From: an uncultured Mycobacterium sp.
Lineage (GTDB): Bacteria; Actinomycetota; Actinomycetes; Mycobacteriales; Mycobacteriaceae
Length of the DNA stretch: 63,392 nucleotides
Reading direction: 5' to 3'
Assembly (NCBI GenBank): GCA_964397935.1
Contig: CAYNLB010000006.1
Location: 1 to 63,392, forward strand
Shown: in pieces, positions 47,450-57,246 of the stretch
Layout of the letters: the number at the start of each line of letters is the position of its first letter
Position numbering within the stretch: position 1 is the first letter of the stretch
Notes under the pieces: model-generated
What the model was told of the DNA's origin: nothing
Seen by the model: only the letters and a program-made list of their open reading frames with translations
The model's database searches: none
Position numbers and translations under genes: made by a program

Positions 47450-48643
47450 TCACACCTGATACTCGGCGAGCAGTCGTCTACTGATGATGGACTTCTGGAT
47501 TTCGCTGGTGCCTTCGCCGATGAGCAGGAACGGCGCGTCCCGCATCAGCCGCTCGATCTCATACTCTTTGGAATAGCCGTATCCGCCATGGATCCGGAAG
47601 CTCTGCTGGGTGACTTCGGCACAGTATTCGCTCGCGAGGTATTTGGCCATGCCCGCGGCGACATCATTGCGCTCCCCGGAATCCTTCAGCCGTGCCGCAT
47701 TGACCATCATCAGGTGTGCCGCTTCGATTTTGGTCGCCATCTCGGCCAGCTGGAAAGCGATGGCCTGGTGCTCGGCGATCGGCTTGCCGAAGGTGCGTCG
47801 TTGCTGCGCGTAGCGCACCGCGAGCTCGAAGGCACGGATGCCGACACCACAGGCCCTCGCCGACACGTTGACCCTTCCGACCTCGATCCCGTCCATCATC
47901 TGGAAGAAACCCTGGCCCGGGACGCCACCGAGAATGTCGTCGGCGGCGGCCTGGTAGCCGTCGAAGACGAGCTCGGTGGTCTCGATCCCCTTGTACCCCA
48001 ACTTGTCGATCTTGCCGGGAATCGTCAGGCCCGGCACGACGTCCCCGAAACCGACCGGCTTCTCGACGAGGAACGCGGTCAGGTTGCGGTGTGGTTTGTC
48101 CGACCCCTCGTCGGTGCGTACCAGCACGGCCACCAGGGTCGAAGTGGCGCCGTTGGTCAACCACATCTTCTGGCCGTCGATCGTGTAGGTGCCGTCGGAG
48201 TTCCGTCTGCCCCGAGTGCGGATCGCGGCAACATCGGAGCCCAGCTCCGGCTCCGACATCGAAAACGCACCACGCGATTCACCGGTCGCCATGCGCGGCA
48301 GCAAGCGTTCCTTCTGCGCGTCGGTGCCGTGCTGGCGCAGCATGTAGGCCACGATGAAATGCGTATTGAGCACCCCGGAGACGCTCATCCAGCCGCGTGC
48401 CAGCTCCTCGACACACAGCGCGTAGGTAAGAAGGGACTCCCCCAGCCCGCCGTACTCCTGCGGAATCATCAGCCCGAAGAGCCCCATGTCCCGCATTTGG
48501 TCGACGATCTCTTGCGGATAGGTGTCGCCACGTTCGAGTTGCGGCGCGTTGGGAATGACTTCCTTTTCGACGAACTGTCGTACCGTGGCGATGATTTCGG
48601 TTTGGAATTCCGTCAATCCCAGGGTCTGAGCGAGTTTGGTCAT
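47450..48643 (-). CDS. Acyl-CoA dehydrogenase
   Basis: SEPELGSD, GQKMWLTNG, IHGGYGY, GEGTSEIQ. Confidence 0.94.
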   Translation of the reverse strand: MTKLAQTLGLTEFQTEIIATVRQFVEKEVIPNAPQLERGDTYPQEIVDQMRDMGLFGLMIPQEYGGLGESLLTYALCVEELARGWMSVSGVLNTHFIVAYMLRQHGTDAQKERLLPRMATGESRGAFSMSEPELGSDVAAIRTRGRRNSDGTYTIDGQKMWLTNGATSTLVAVLVRTDEGSDKPHRNLTAFLVEKPVGFGDVVPGLTIPGKIDKLGYKGIETTELVFDGYQAAADDILGGVPGQGFFQMMDGIEVGRVNVSARACGVGIRAFELAVRYAQQRRTFGKPIAEHQAIAFQLAEMATKIEAAHLMMVNAARLKDSGERNDVAAGMAKYLASEYCAEVTQQSFRIHGGYGYSKEYEIERLMRDAPFLLIGEGTSEIQKSIISRRLLAEYQV

Positions 48644-48672
48644 GCGCTGTCTTTCTGTTTCGGGTGGCCCAG

Positions 48673-49872
48673 CTAGCTGATCGTCTTCGCGTTCATAAGG
48701 CGCTCGATATCGGCGGGAGTCATGCCCAAGCAGTGCTCAAGGACATCGGCGGTGTCTTGCCCCAGCGCAGGCGCGGCCGCGCTCACGGGATGGGCACCGT
48801 CGAACGTGGCGGGCATGCCGGGCGCGAAATATTCTCCGAGACCCGGTTGGTGCAATCGGGAAAACAATGGATTGGCAGTGACCTTCGGGTCCGCCACGAC
48901 TTGCGCGAACGTCCGGTACCGCTCGAACAGCACGGTGGTCTCCGACAGCGCGGCGGTGATCTCTTCGGCCGAGTGCCCGGTGAACCAGGTGGCGAACAAA
49001 CCGGACAGCACGTCGCGGTATCGGTAGCGGTCGCCTTCGGCGCCGAAATCCACGCCCAGTGCTGCCGCGAGCGCCGACACCGCGGCACCGGTGCCCGTCA
49101 CCTCGACCAACTCGCGAAAGTGCCGACCAGTCAGCGCGACGACCATGAAGGTCGCGCCGTCGCGACTGGTGAAGTCCTGGCCGTACTGGCCGTAGACGGC
49201 GTTGCCCAGCCGTTCCCGCTGCGTCCCGGTGACCTGTGGCTCGGTCAGCAGTCCCAGATTTCCCGCCGTGGCCAGCGCGACATCCTCCAGCGCCAGGCTG
49301 ATTCGCGCGCCGGTCCCCGACTGGTCACGGCGGCGGACGGCGGTGACGACGGCCAGCGCGGCGTACAGGCCGCAGCACACGTCCCAGGCCGGCAACACGT
49401 GGTTGATGGGGCCGGCGTGCTCGCGCGGGCCGGTGACGAGCGGAAACCCGATACCCGCATTGACCGTGTAGTCCACCCCGGTGGAACCATCACCACGCCC
49501 GAGCAGTTGAACGTGGATGACGTCGGGCCTCTTGGCGGCCAGCAGGTCATGGCTGAGCCAGGACAGGCCGGCGGCGTTGGTCACGACGATGCCATCACCC
49601 TCGATGATCAATCGCTGGACCAGGGCCTGCCCGTCGGGCGACCGCAGATCGATGGTGGCCGAACGCTTTCCCTTGTTCAGACCGGTCCAGTAGATCGAGG
49701 TGCCGTTCGCCGCCAGCGGCCACCGCTGTACATCGGAAGCACCGCCGATCGGATCGACACGAATCACCTGCGCACCAAGCTGACCCAGCGTCATCCCGCA
49801 CAGCGGCGCGGCAACGAAGCTGGACACCTCCACAACGGTCAGGCCGCTCAGCGGCGATCCCGGGCCGCTCAT
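48673..49872 (-). CDS. Class III CoA transferase, mesaconyl-CoA C1-C4 transferase (Mct)-like
   Basis: FVAAPL.GMTL.QLGA.VIR.DPIGG..D..RWP, W.GLNKGKRS, VDYTVN, NHVLPAWD, all matching the recalled Chloroflexus Mct; ATGA overlap defines the start. Confidence 0.8.
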   Translation of the reverse strand: MSGPGSPLSGLTVVEVSSFVAAPLCGMTLGQLGAQVIRVDPIGGASDVQRWPLAANGTSIYWTGLNKGKRSATIDLRSPDGQALVQRLIIEGDGIVVTNAAGLSWLSHDLLAAKRPDVIHVQLLGRGDGSTGVDYTVNAGIGFPLVTGPREHAGPINHVLPAWDVCCGLYAALAVVTAVRRRDQSGTGARISLALEDVALATAGNLGLLTEPQVTGTQRERLGNAVYGQYGQDFTSRDGATFMVVALTGRHFRELVEVTGTGAAVSALAAALGVDFGAEGDRYRYRDVLSGLFATWFTGHSAEEITAALSETTVLFERYRTFAQVVADPKVTANPLFSRLHQPGLGEYFAPGMPATFDGAHPVSAAAPALGQDTADVLEHCLGMTPADIERLMNAKTIS

Positions 49873-51086
49873 GCCGGCGCGACCCGCTCGAAGATCGCGG
49901 CGAGCCCCTGTCCGCCGCCGATGCACATGGTCTCCAGCCCGTAGCGTGCCTGGCGGCGATCGAGTTCGCGTGCCAAGGTGGCCAACATCCGGCCACCGGT
50001 CGCACCGACCGGGTGGCCCAGCGAGATTCCCGAGCCGTGCACGTTGGTCCGATCGTGGTCGGCGGCCCCGAACTTCCATTCCCGCATCACCGCCAGCGCT
50101 TGCGCGGCGAAGGCTTCGTTGAGTTCGATGAGGTCGATATCGCGCAGCTGCAGACCCGCCCTGGCAAGCGCCACCGCGGTTGCCGGCACCGGGCCGATCC
50201 CCATGATGTTGGGTGCCACAGCCGCCAGCCCCCACGACACCATCCGCACCAACGGCGTCAGGCCGTGCGCGTCGGCATTCTCGGGCGTGGTCACCACACA
50301 CATCGATGCCGCGTCGTTCTGCCCGCTGGCGTTGCCGGCCGTGACCGTCGACTCCGGATCATCATCGCGCAGAACGGGTTTGAGCTTGCTCAACGACTCC
50401 AACGAGGTGTCGGCGCGCGGATGCTCATCGGTGTCGACCAGATCCTCGCCCTGCCGGGCACGGACGGCGACGGGAATGATCTCCTGGGCGAAAATGCCGT
50501 CCTTCTGCGCGGCCACCGCGCGCTGGTGGGACCGCACCGCGACCTCGTCTTGCTCCACCCGTGAAATACCGTACTGGCGGCGCAGATTCTCGGCAGTTTC
50601 CAGCATTCCGCCCGGAACGGGATAGTGCCGGCCACCGGCCGTAGTGCGTCCGCGAGCCAAGCCGTCGTGTACCCGGATGCCGCCGCGGGCACCGCCCCAA
50701 CGCATATCGGTCGAATAGAAGGCGACGTTGCTCATGCTTTCGCAGCCCCCGGCGATGACGAGATCGTGGTCGCCGTTGCCCACTTGCAGACACGCTTGGA
50801 TGACGGCCTGCAGGCCCGACCCGCAGCGCCGGTCGACTTGCATGCCGGGCACCGTCACCGGCAGACCGGAATCCAACGCCACGACACGCCCGATCGCCGG
50901 CGCCTCGCTGCTGGGATAGCAGTGCCCGAGAATGACGTCTTGCACTGCGTCGGGCGCTATCCCGGTTCGCTCGAGCAAGCCTTTCAGCGCGGCGACGCCC
51001 AGGTCGACGGCGCTCAGCGACTTGAACATGCCGCCGTAGCGGCCAATGGGCGTCCGTACGGGTTCACAGATCACGGTTTCACGCAT
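49869..51086 (-). CDS. Acetyl-CoA C-acetyltransferase (thiolase)
   Basis: RRCGSG, NEAF, GHPVGATG, CIGGGQG. Confidence 0.95.
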   Translation of the reverse strand: MRETVICEPVRTPIGRYGGMFKSLSAVDLGVAALKGLLERTGIAPDAVQDVILGHCYPSSEAPAIGRVVALDSGLPVTVPGMQVDRRCGSGLQAVIQACLQVGNGDHDLVIAGGCESMSNVAFYSTDMRWGGARGGIRVHDGLARGRTTAGGRHYPVPGGMLETAENLRRQYGISRVEQDEVAVRSHQRAVAAQKDGIFAQEIIPVAVRARQGEDLVDTDEHPRADTSLESLSKLKPVLRDDDPESTVTAGNASGQNDAASMCVVTTPENADAHGLTPLVRMVSWGLAAVAPNIMGIGPVPATAVALARAGLQLRDIDLIELNEAFAAQALAVMREWKFGAADHDRTNVHGSGISLGHPVGATGGRMLATLARELDRRQARYGLETMCIGGGQGLAAIFERVAPA

Positions 51087-51131
51087 GGCTCTTTCCTTTG
51101 CACCGTTGGTGGCCCGAGCAGGCAATGGAAC

Positions 51132-51884
51132 TCAGATGTGGCGTCCGCCGGTGACTTCCATCACCGTGCCGGTCATGTACGAGGAGAGATCGGACGCCAA
51201 AAACAAGGCGACACTGGCGACTTCACCGGGCTCACCGGCCCGGCCCATCGGGACCTCGGCTTCCTTTTGATCCCAGATCCGTTGCGGCATCGCTTCCGTC
51301 ATGGCCGAGCGGATCAAACCTGGAGCGATGGCGTTCACCCGGACCCCGAGGTAGGCAAGCTCTTTGGCGGCGGCCTTGGTCATCCCCACGATCCCGGCCT
51401 TTGCCGCCGAATAGTTCGTCTGGCCGACCATGCCGACCTTGCCCGACACCGAGGACATGTTCACGATTGCGCCACGCTTGTTTTCCCGCATGATCGCCGC
51501 CGCCAGCCGGGTGCCGTTCCAGGTGCCTTTCAGATGCACGTCGATGACTTGATCGAATTGCTCTTCGGTCATCTTGCGCATCGTCGCGTCGCGGGTGATT
51601 CCCGCGTTGTTGACCATGACGTCCAGACCACCGAAACGCTCGACCGCGGTCTGGACCAGGTTCTCCACATCGGCCGCTTGAGTCACGTCACACCGGACCG
51701 CCAGGGCTCTTGGCATTGCGGGGTCGTCACCCGCCAGCTGCTTGGCCGCGGTAACAGTCGCCTCGAGGTTGACATCTCCGAGCACGACGCGCGCGCCTTC
51801 GGCGACGAATCTCTCGGCGATCGCGAAACCCAAACCCTGTGCGGCACCTGTGATTACCGCAGTCCGACCGGTCAGCAACGACAC
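51132..51884 (-). CDS. fabG2: 3-oxoacyl-ACP/CoA reductase, FabG2 (Rv1350)-like
   Basis: [27 protein letters not shown]; position downstream of irtAB as recalled for M. tuberculosis. Confidence 0.82.
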   Translation of the reverse strand: MSLLTGRTAVITGAAQGLGFAIAERFVAEGARVVLGDVNLEATVTAAKQLAGDDPAMPRALAVRCDVTQAADVENLVQTAVERFGGLDVMVNNAGITRDATMRKMTEEQFDQVIDVHLKGTWNGTRLAAAIMRENKRGAIVNMSSVSGKVGMVGQTNYSAAKAGIVGMTKAAAKELAYLGVRVNAIAPGLIRSAMTEAMPQRIWDQKEAEVPMGRAGEPGEVASVALFLASDLSSYMTGTVMEVTGGRHI

Positions 51885-51944
51885 CTTCGATCACACATCC
51901 TTAACTGGTTCCAACTCCGGACTGGCCACGCTTGAAGTACCAAT

Positions 51945-51963
51945 ATCGTATTTCATATAGGAT
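51945..51963. promoter_or_regulatory. Imperfect palindrome, candidate GntR operator
   Basis: ATCGTAT-TTCAT-ATAGGAT (6/7 symmetric) in the AT-rich divergent promoter. Confidence 0.4.
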
Positions 51964-52016
51964 CTGGCCCGGGGCCGGGGTACCTCGCTCGAAGCCGAAT
52001 GGAGGAACGTCTGCGC

Positions 52017-53198
52017 ATGACCGTCGCTGGAGTCCACCAAGACCCCGAAGTCTCCGACGAAGACTTCCAAGGGATCCTTGCCCAGACCCGTCGCTTCGTC
52101 CGGGAAGCCGTGGTACCGCGGGAACTGGAGATCCTGACCGACGATCAGGTGCCCGATGACCTCCGCGAACAAGCCAAGAAGATGGGGTTGTTCGGATACG
52201 CGATTCCCCAGCAGTGGGGTGGCCTCGGGCTGACCCTCGTACAAGATGTCGAGCTGGCAATGGAATTGGGATACACCTCGCTGGCGCTGCGCTCGATGTT
52301 CGGCACCAACAACGGCATCGCCGGCCAGGTTCTGGTCGGCTTCGGCACCGACGAACAAAAATCCCGCTGGCTGGAGTCGATGGCGTCCGGCGACGTCGTC
52401 GCCTCCTTCGCGTTGACCGAACCGGGCGCCGGCTCCAACCCGGCGGGGCTGCGAACCAAAGCCGTGCATGAGCATGGCGCATGGGTGATTTCCGGGCAGA
52501 AGCGTTTCATCACCAACGCGCCGGTCGCCGATCTGTTTGTGGTGTTCGCGCGTACCCGGCCCGCCGACGACCGAGGACCCGGGATCGCGGTCTTTTTGGT
52601 GCCCGCGGATGCCGCGGGCGTTGAGGTGGGCACCAAGGACGCCAAGATGGGTCAGGAAGGCGCCTGGACCGCCGATGTCAGCTTCACCGACGTCCGGGTG
52701 GACGGCGGCGCGCTGATCGGCGGCAGCGAAGACATCGGTTATCGAGCGGCGATGACCTCGTTGGCCCGCGGCCGGGTGCACATCGCCGCGCTTGCCGTGG
52801 GCGCCGCCCAACGCGCACTCGACGAATCGGTGTCATATGCCGCCACCGCAACGCAGGGCGGGACGCCGATCGGAAGCTTCCAGTTGGTGCAGGCGATGAT
52901 CGCCGACCAGCAGACCGGGGTGCTGGCCGGCCGCGCGCTGGTCCGCGATGCCGCCCGGCTGTGGGTCACCAACCAAGACCGCAGGGTGGCGCCGTCGGCG
53001 GCCAAACTCTTCTGCACCGAAATGGCCGGCAAGGTCGCAGATCTCGCGGTGCAGATTCACGGCGGAAGCGGCTACATGCATGGCGTTCCGGTAGAACGCA
53101 TCTACCGCGACGTGCGCCTGCTTCGGCTGTACGAGGGCACCAGCGAGATTCAGCGTCTGATCATCGGATCGAACCTCGTCAGGGCGGCACAGCGATGA
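52017..53198 (+). CDS. Acyl-CoA dehydrogenase
   Basis: FALTEPGAGS, GQKRFITNA, QIHGGSGY, YEGTSEIQ. Confidence 0.94.
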   Translation: MTVAGVHQDPEVSDEDFQGILAQTRRFVREAVVPRELEILTDDQVPDDLREQAKKMGLFGYAIPQQWGGLGLTLVQDVELAMELGYTSLALRSMFGTNNGIAGQVLVGFGTDEQKSRWLESMASGDVVASFALTEPGAGSNPAGLRTKAVHEHGAWVISGQKRFITNAPVADLFVVFARTRPADDRGPGIAVFLVPADAAGVEVGTKDAKMGQEGAWTADVSFTDVRVDGGALIGGSEDIGYRAAMTSLARGRVHIAALAVGAAQRALDESVSYAATATQGGTPIGSFQLVQAMIADQQTGVLAGRALVRDAARLWVTNQDRRVAPSAAKLFCTEMAGKVADLAVQIHGGSGYMHGVPVERIYRDVRLLRLYEGTSEIQRLIIGSNLVRAAQR

Positions 53199-53227
53199 GG
53201 ATGTCGAACAATGAGGAGCGCGCATGA
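53195..53227 (+). other. 10-codon mini-ORF bridging two genes through ATGA overlaps
   Basis: ATG AGG ATG TCG AAC AAT GAG GAG CGC GCA TGA overlaps the ACAD stop and the SDR start. Confidence 0.5.
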
Positions 53228-54045
53228 GCGGGAGGCTCGACGGCAAAGTGGCGTTCATTACCGGAGCAGCACGCGGTCAGGGACGCGCGCACGCGGTTCG
53301 GATGGCCCGGGAGGGCGCCGACATCATCGCCGTCGACATCGCCGGCAAGCTCCCGTCCTGCGTTCCCTATGATCCGGCGACTCCTGAAGACCTCGGCGAG
53401 ACCGTTCGTCTGGTTGAAGCCACGAACCGCCGGATCCTTGCCTCGGTCGTCGACACGCGCGACTTCGACGGTCTTCGCAAGGCCGTCGACGATGGTGTCG
53501 CCACGCTGGGACGGCTGGACATCATCGTGGCCAACGCCGGAATCGCGGCTCCGCAAGCGTGGGACGACATCACCCCGGAGAGCTTCCGCGACGTCATGGA
53601 CATCAATGTGACCGGCACCTGGAACACCGTGATGGCCGGGGCGGACAGAATCATCGAAGGGGGCCGCGGCGGCTCCATCATCTTGATCAGTTCTGCAGCC
53701 GGCATGAAAATGCAGCCGTTCATGGTTCACTACACAGCCAGCAAGCATGCCGTCACCGGACTGGCGCGGGCCTTCGCCGCCGAGCTCGGCAAATATTCGA
53801 TTCGTGTCAATAGCGTTCACCCCGGGCCGGTGAACACTGCGATGGGATCCGGCGACATGGTCGCGGCTATAGGCAAGACCATGGAAACCAATCCGCAGTT
53901 GTCCAACATGCTGACGCCTTTCCTGCCCACCTGGGTTGCCGAGCCGGAAGAGATCGCCGACGCGGTGTGCTGGCTGGCCAGCGAGGAGTCACGCAACGTC
54001 ACGGCCGCTCAAATCCCGGTCGATCAAGGCTCGACGCAATACTGA
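53224..54045 (+). CDS. Mycofactocin-coupled SDR
   Basis: TGAARGQGRAHA..A.EGADIIAVDI plus the insertion VPYDPATPEDL; HYTASKH. Confidence 0.88.
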   Translation: MSGRLDGKVAFITGAARGQGRAHAVRMAREGADIIAVDIAGKLPSCVPYDPATPEDLGETVRLVEATNRRILASVVDTRDFDGLRKAVDDGVATLGRLDIIVANAGIAAPQAWDDITPESFRDVMDINVTGTWNTVMAGADRIIEGGRGGSIILISSAAGMKMQPFMVHYTASKHAVTGLARAFAAELGKYSIRVNSVHPGPVNTAMGSGDMVAAIGKTMETNPQLSNMLTPFLPTWVAEPEEIADAVCWLASEESRNVTAAQIPVDQGSTQY

Positions 54046-54150
54046 TGCCCGTCGTCGTGGTCGATTGGACCCAACGCCACAGACCCAATTACGCAAGCGA
54101 ACCAAAGGCGATTTCCCGCATCGAATACGCCGCCATTTATCGCGCTTCAG

Positions 54151-54166
54151 TGTGATGTGCATCACA
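54151..54166. promoter_or_regulatory. CRP (cAMP receptor protein) site
   Basis: TGTGA-TGTGCA-TCACA is a perfect TGTGA-N6-TCACA match, intergenic and upstream of the FAAL. Confidence 0.75.
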
Positions 54167-54239
54167 GTTTGGTAATACTGGCAAGCGACACACCATGTTG
54201 CGACAGCAAAACATTTAGCGCCGCTTTTATTCTCTGTGC

Positions 54240-56096
54240 ATGGGTCGGGCCCCTGCATTAATTGATGTTGCTCAGCCCGGAGCGGCTGACATCAATGACT
54301 TCGTGCGTGCCGACGGCACGATTTTCTTGCCGGACGGGGTCACACTCACCTCGTACTTTGACCAGAACCGCAGAGCGTTCGGCGAACGCCTCTCCTACCG
54401 GTTCATCGACTACGCAAAAGACCAGGACGGGCAGGTCGTTGAGCTCACCTGGAATCAGCTGTGGTCCCGCGTCCGCGCGATCGGCGCACGTCTGCAGCAG
54501 GTCGCCAGGCCGGGCGACCGGGTGGCGATCCTGGCGCCGCAGGGCGTCGACTATGTGGCCGCATTCTTCGCTGCCGTCCATGCGGGCAATATTGCGGTCC
54601 CGCTGTTTGCGCCGACGCTGGCCGGGCATGCCGAGCGGTTGACGGCGGTGCTGGCCGATGCCCGGCCCGCCGTGGTGCTGACCACCAGCTCGGCGGCCGA
54701 GTCGGTGCGGGAGTCCCTGCGGACGCATCCGGTGGCCAGAAAGTCGCGGCTGATCGCGGTCGACGCGATCCCGGAGCCGCTCGCGTCGATGTTCACCGAG
54801 CCGACAGTTGGTACCGACGACGTCGCCTACCTGCAGTACACGTCGGGCTCGACGCGTACCCCCGCCGGAGTGGAGATCACCCATCGCGCCGTCTGCACCA
54901 ACGTGCTGCAGATGATCCTGGCCGGCGGGCTGGGCCGCGGAACCCGCAGCGTGAGCTGGCTGCCCCTGTATCACGACATGGGGTTGATCATGATCATGTT
55001 CCCGGCGTTGTGCGGCGGCGAATACCTCACGCTGCTGGATCCCATGGCATTCATCCGGCGCCCTTTCCGATGGATCAAACAATTGAGCGCGGAAGCCACC
55101 AGTGGTCCCACGTTTGCCGCCGCCCCGAACTTCGCCTACGAGTTGGCGGCCGAGCGGGCGCTACCCCCGCGGGGCGAGACCATTGACCTCAGCAATGTGG
55201 TCGGCCTACTCAACGGCTCCGAGCCGGTGACGATGGCGGCCGTCGAGAAATTCACCAATGCCTTCGCTCCCTACGGTCTGCCCGCGACGGCGGTCAAGCC
55301 GTCCTACGGAATGGCGGAGGCGACGCTGGGAGTGGCCTCCATCGCCCCGGATGCGGCGGCCAGCGCAGTATTTCTCGACCGCGCTCGGCTCGCCGCCGGG
55401 CACGCGGTGGTCGTCGAGCCGGACGCTGAAGGCGCGGTCGCCCATGTCTCGGTCGGCCAGCCGTTCCGGGATCTGTGGATGGTGATCGCCAGCCCGGACG
55501 GCGCCGAGGTGCCCGACGGCACCGTCGGGGAAATCTGGCTGCACGGCAACAACGTCGGCCGCGGCTACCACGGACGCGAGGATGAAACGCAACGCACGTT
55601 CGGCAACAAGCTGCAGTCGCGGCTCGAGCAGGGCAGCCACGCCGAGGGCGCCCCGGACAACGGCTGCTGGCTGGCTACCGGCGATCTGGGTGTCTACCTT
55701 GACGGTGAGCTCTACCTGACCGGGCGAATCAAAGATCTCATCATCATCGACGGCCGCAATCACTACCCGCATGACATCGAGACCACCGTCGGCCAGGCCT
55801 CACCCGCCATCCGCACCGGCTATGTCGCCGCATTCTCGATTTCCCCCGGCACTTTCGAAACGGGTGGCAATTCCGTCGAGCGGCTTGTCGTCGTCGCCGA
55901 ACGGGCCGCGGGCGTCGGCCGCACCGACCCGGAGCCGATTCTGGCGGCCGTGCGGGCAGCGGTCGCCCGCGAGCATCAGGTCGGGGTCGCCGACGTCCTG
56001 CTCGTCGCCGCCGGCACCATCCCCCGCACCACCAGCGGCAAACTGGCCCGCAACGCCTGCCGGGCCGACTATCTGGCCGGCAGGTTCAGCCGATAG
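54240..56096 (+). CDS. Fatty acyl-AMP ligase (FadD31/FadD32-like)
   Basis: YLQYTSGSTRTPAG, SWLPLYHDMGL, PSYGMAEATL, DGRNHYP.DIE, RTTSGK. Confidence 0.92.
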   Translation: MGRAPALIDVAQPGAADINDFVRADGTIFLPDGVTLTSYFDQNRRAFGERLSYRFIDYAKDQDGQVVELTWNQLWSRVRAIGARLQQVARPGDRVAILAPQGVDYVAAFFAAVHAGNIAVPLFAPTLAGHAERLTAVLADARPAVVLTTSSAAESVRESLRTHPVARKSRLIAVDAIPEPLASMFTEPTVGTDDVAYLQYTSGSTRTPAGVEITHRAVCTNVLQMILAGGLGRGTRSVSWLPLYHDMGLIMIMFPALCGGEYLTLLDPMAFIRRPFRWIKQLSAEATSGPTFAAAPNFAYELAAERALPPRGETIDLSNVVGLLNGSEPVTMAAVEKFTNAFAPYGLPATAVKPSYGMAEATLGVASIAPDAAASAVFLDRARLAAGHAVVVEPDAEGAVAHVSVGQPFRDLWMVIASPDGAEVPDGTVGEIWLHGNNVGRGYHGREDETQRTFGNKLQSRLEQGSHAEGAPDNGCWLATGDLGVYLDGELYLTGRIKDLIIIDGRNHYPHDIETTVGQASPAIRTGYVAAFSISPGTFETGGNSVERLVVVAERAAGVGRTDPEPILAAVRAAVAREHQVGVADVLLVAAGTIPRTTSGKLARNACRADYLAGRFSR

Positions 56097-56126
56097 CGCC
56101 ATCGCGTCGGGTGAAGGGTGAGCCGC

Positions 56127-57203
56127 TCAACCGATCAGGTCCAGCGTGCCCAGATCGCGAATGGCCTGACATCCCCTCCGCAGCATGGTCAGCACCATAT
56201 CGTCGCCGCGCGCGGTGGCGGCGGCAAAGGCGAATCCGAGCGCGGATATCAATAGGGCCTGCGGCACCCCGAGACGGTAATCGCGCCAACATGTTTCACC
56301 GTCATACCCGGTGATGCCGTAGCCGAGCAGTGTACGGTGATATTCGGCAACGAGGTCGCGCTCAATCGACTGGCGCAGTTCGGAATTCAGGCTGGTGGCG
56401 GTGAAGTACGCGAGATCCCTCGTCGGAAGGCCCACACCGAGCGTCTGCCAGTCGACCACGCTGACCCGGGTCCGGTCGGGATCGAATAGCATGTTGTCGA
56501 GCCGATAGTCACCGTGCAGCAAGGCGAACCGGTCGTATTCGGCAAGCAGCCAGGGCGTCACCAAACCCATCGTGGCGGTGAACGTTTCCCGGTCATCAGC
56601 GGTCATGCGATCGCCGAGTTTCTCCAGCGTGATGTCGGCGCTCATTTTCGCCACGTCGCCCAACCCCTTGGCGGAGGCTTCGTCCGGACGTCCGAACGCG
56701 ATGGCGGGAAAGTCCAGCCACACCGGATCGCACCAACTGGGCCCGTGTAGTCCGGCCAGCGCTGCGACCGCAAGCCGTGCCTCCCGCTCGCCGCATCCTG
56801 CGATCTGATCGCCCTGCACCGCAGGCGCCTGATCGGCGAGCAGCAGGGCGTAATCCATGGCGTCCTCGCTGATCTCGCAATAAAAACACCGTGGCGTCGG
56901 AACCCGCACCCGGTCAGCCACCGTGGCATAGAAGGCGCACTCGCTGCGATAGCCGATGACGACCCGATCACGCACGGTATCGTCCTGGGCCGGCAGTTTG
57001 ATCACGAACGTTTGCGGTAAGTCACCGGGATCTGTCGCATAGCGGGCGGTCACCCGGTAGGTGGCGCCGGTCTGCCCGGTGCCGATGGCCACCACGTCGA
57101 CGTCGGCGACCTCGACGGGCGTGCGCCGCTCGCTCAGCGCGGACGACAACCATTCGCGGGTCACGTCGCCGGGATACCGCGGAATCGATACCACAGCGCT
57201 CAT
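56127..57203 (-). CDS. Phosphotransferase (APH/EcKinase-like)
   Basis: IGTGQ, FVIK, HGDYRLDN, VDWQ. Confidence 0.88.
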   Translation of the reverse strand: MSAVVSIPRYPGDVTREWLSSALSERRTPVEVADVDVVAIGTGQTGATYRVTARYATDPGDLPQTFVIKLPAQDDTVRDRVVIGYRSECAFYATVADRVRVPTPRCFYCEISEDAMDYALLLADQAPAVQGDQIAGCGEREARLAVAALAGLHGPSWCDPVWLDFPAIAFGRPDEASAKGLGDVAKMSADITLEKLGDRMTADDRETFTATMGLVTPWLLAEYDRFALLHGDYRLDNMLFDPDRTRVSVVDWQTLGVGLPTRDLAYFTATSLNSELRQSIERDLVAEYHRTLLGYGITGYDGETCWRDYRLGVPQALLISALGFAFAAATARGDDMVLTMLRRGCQAIRDLGTLDLIG

Positions 57204-57246
57204 GAGCGGCAGGCCTCCAGTACGTCAGACGGTCGACTGATCGATC

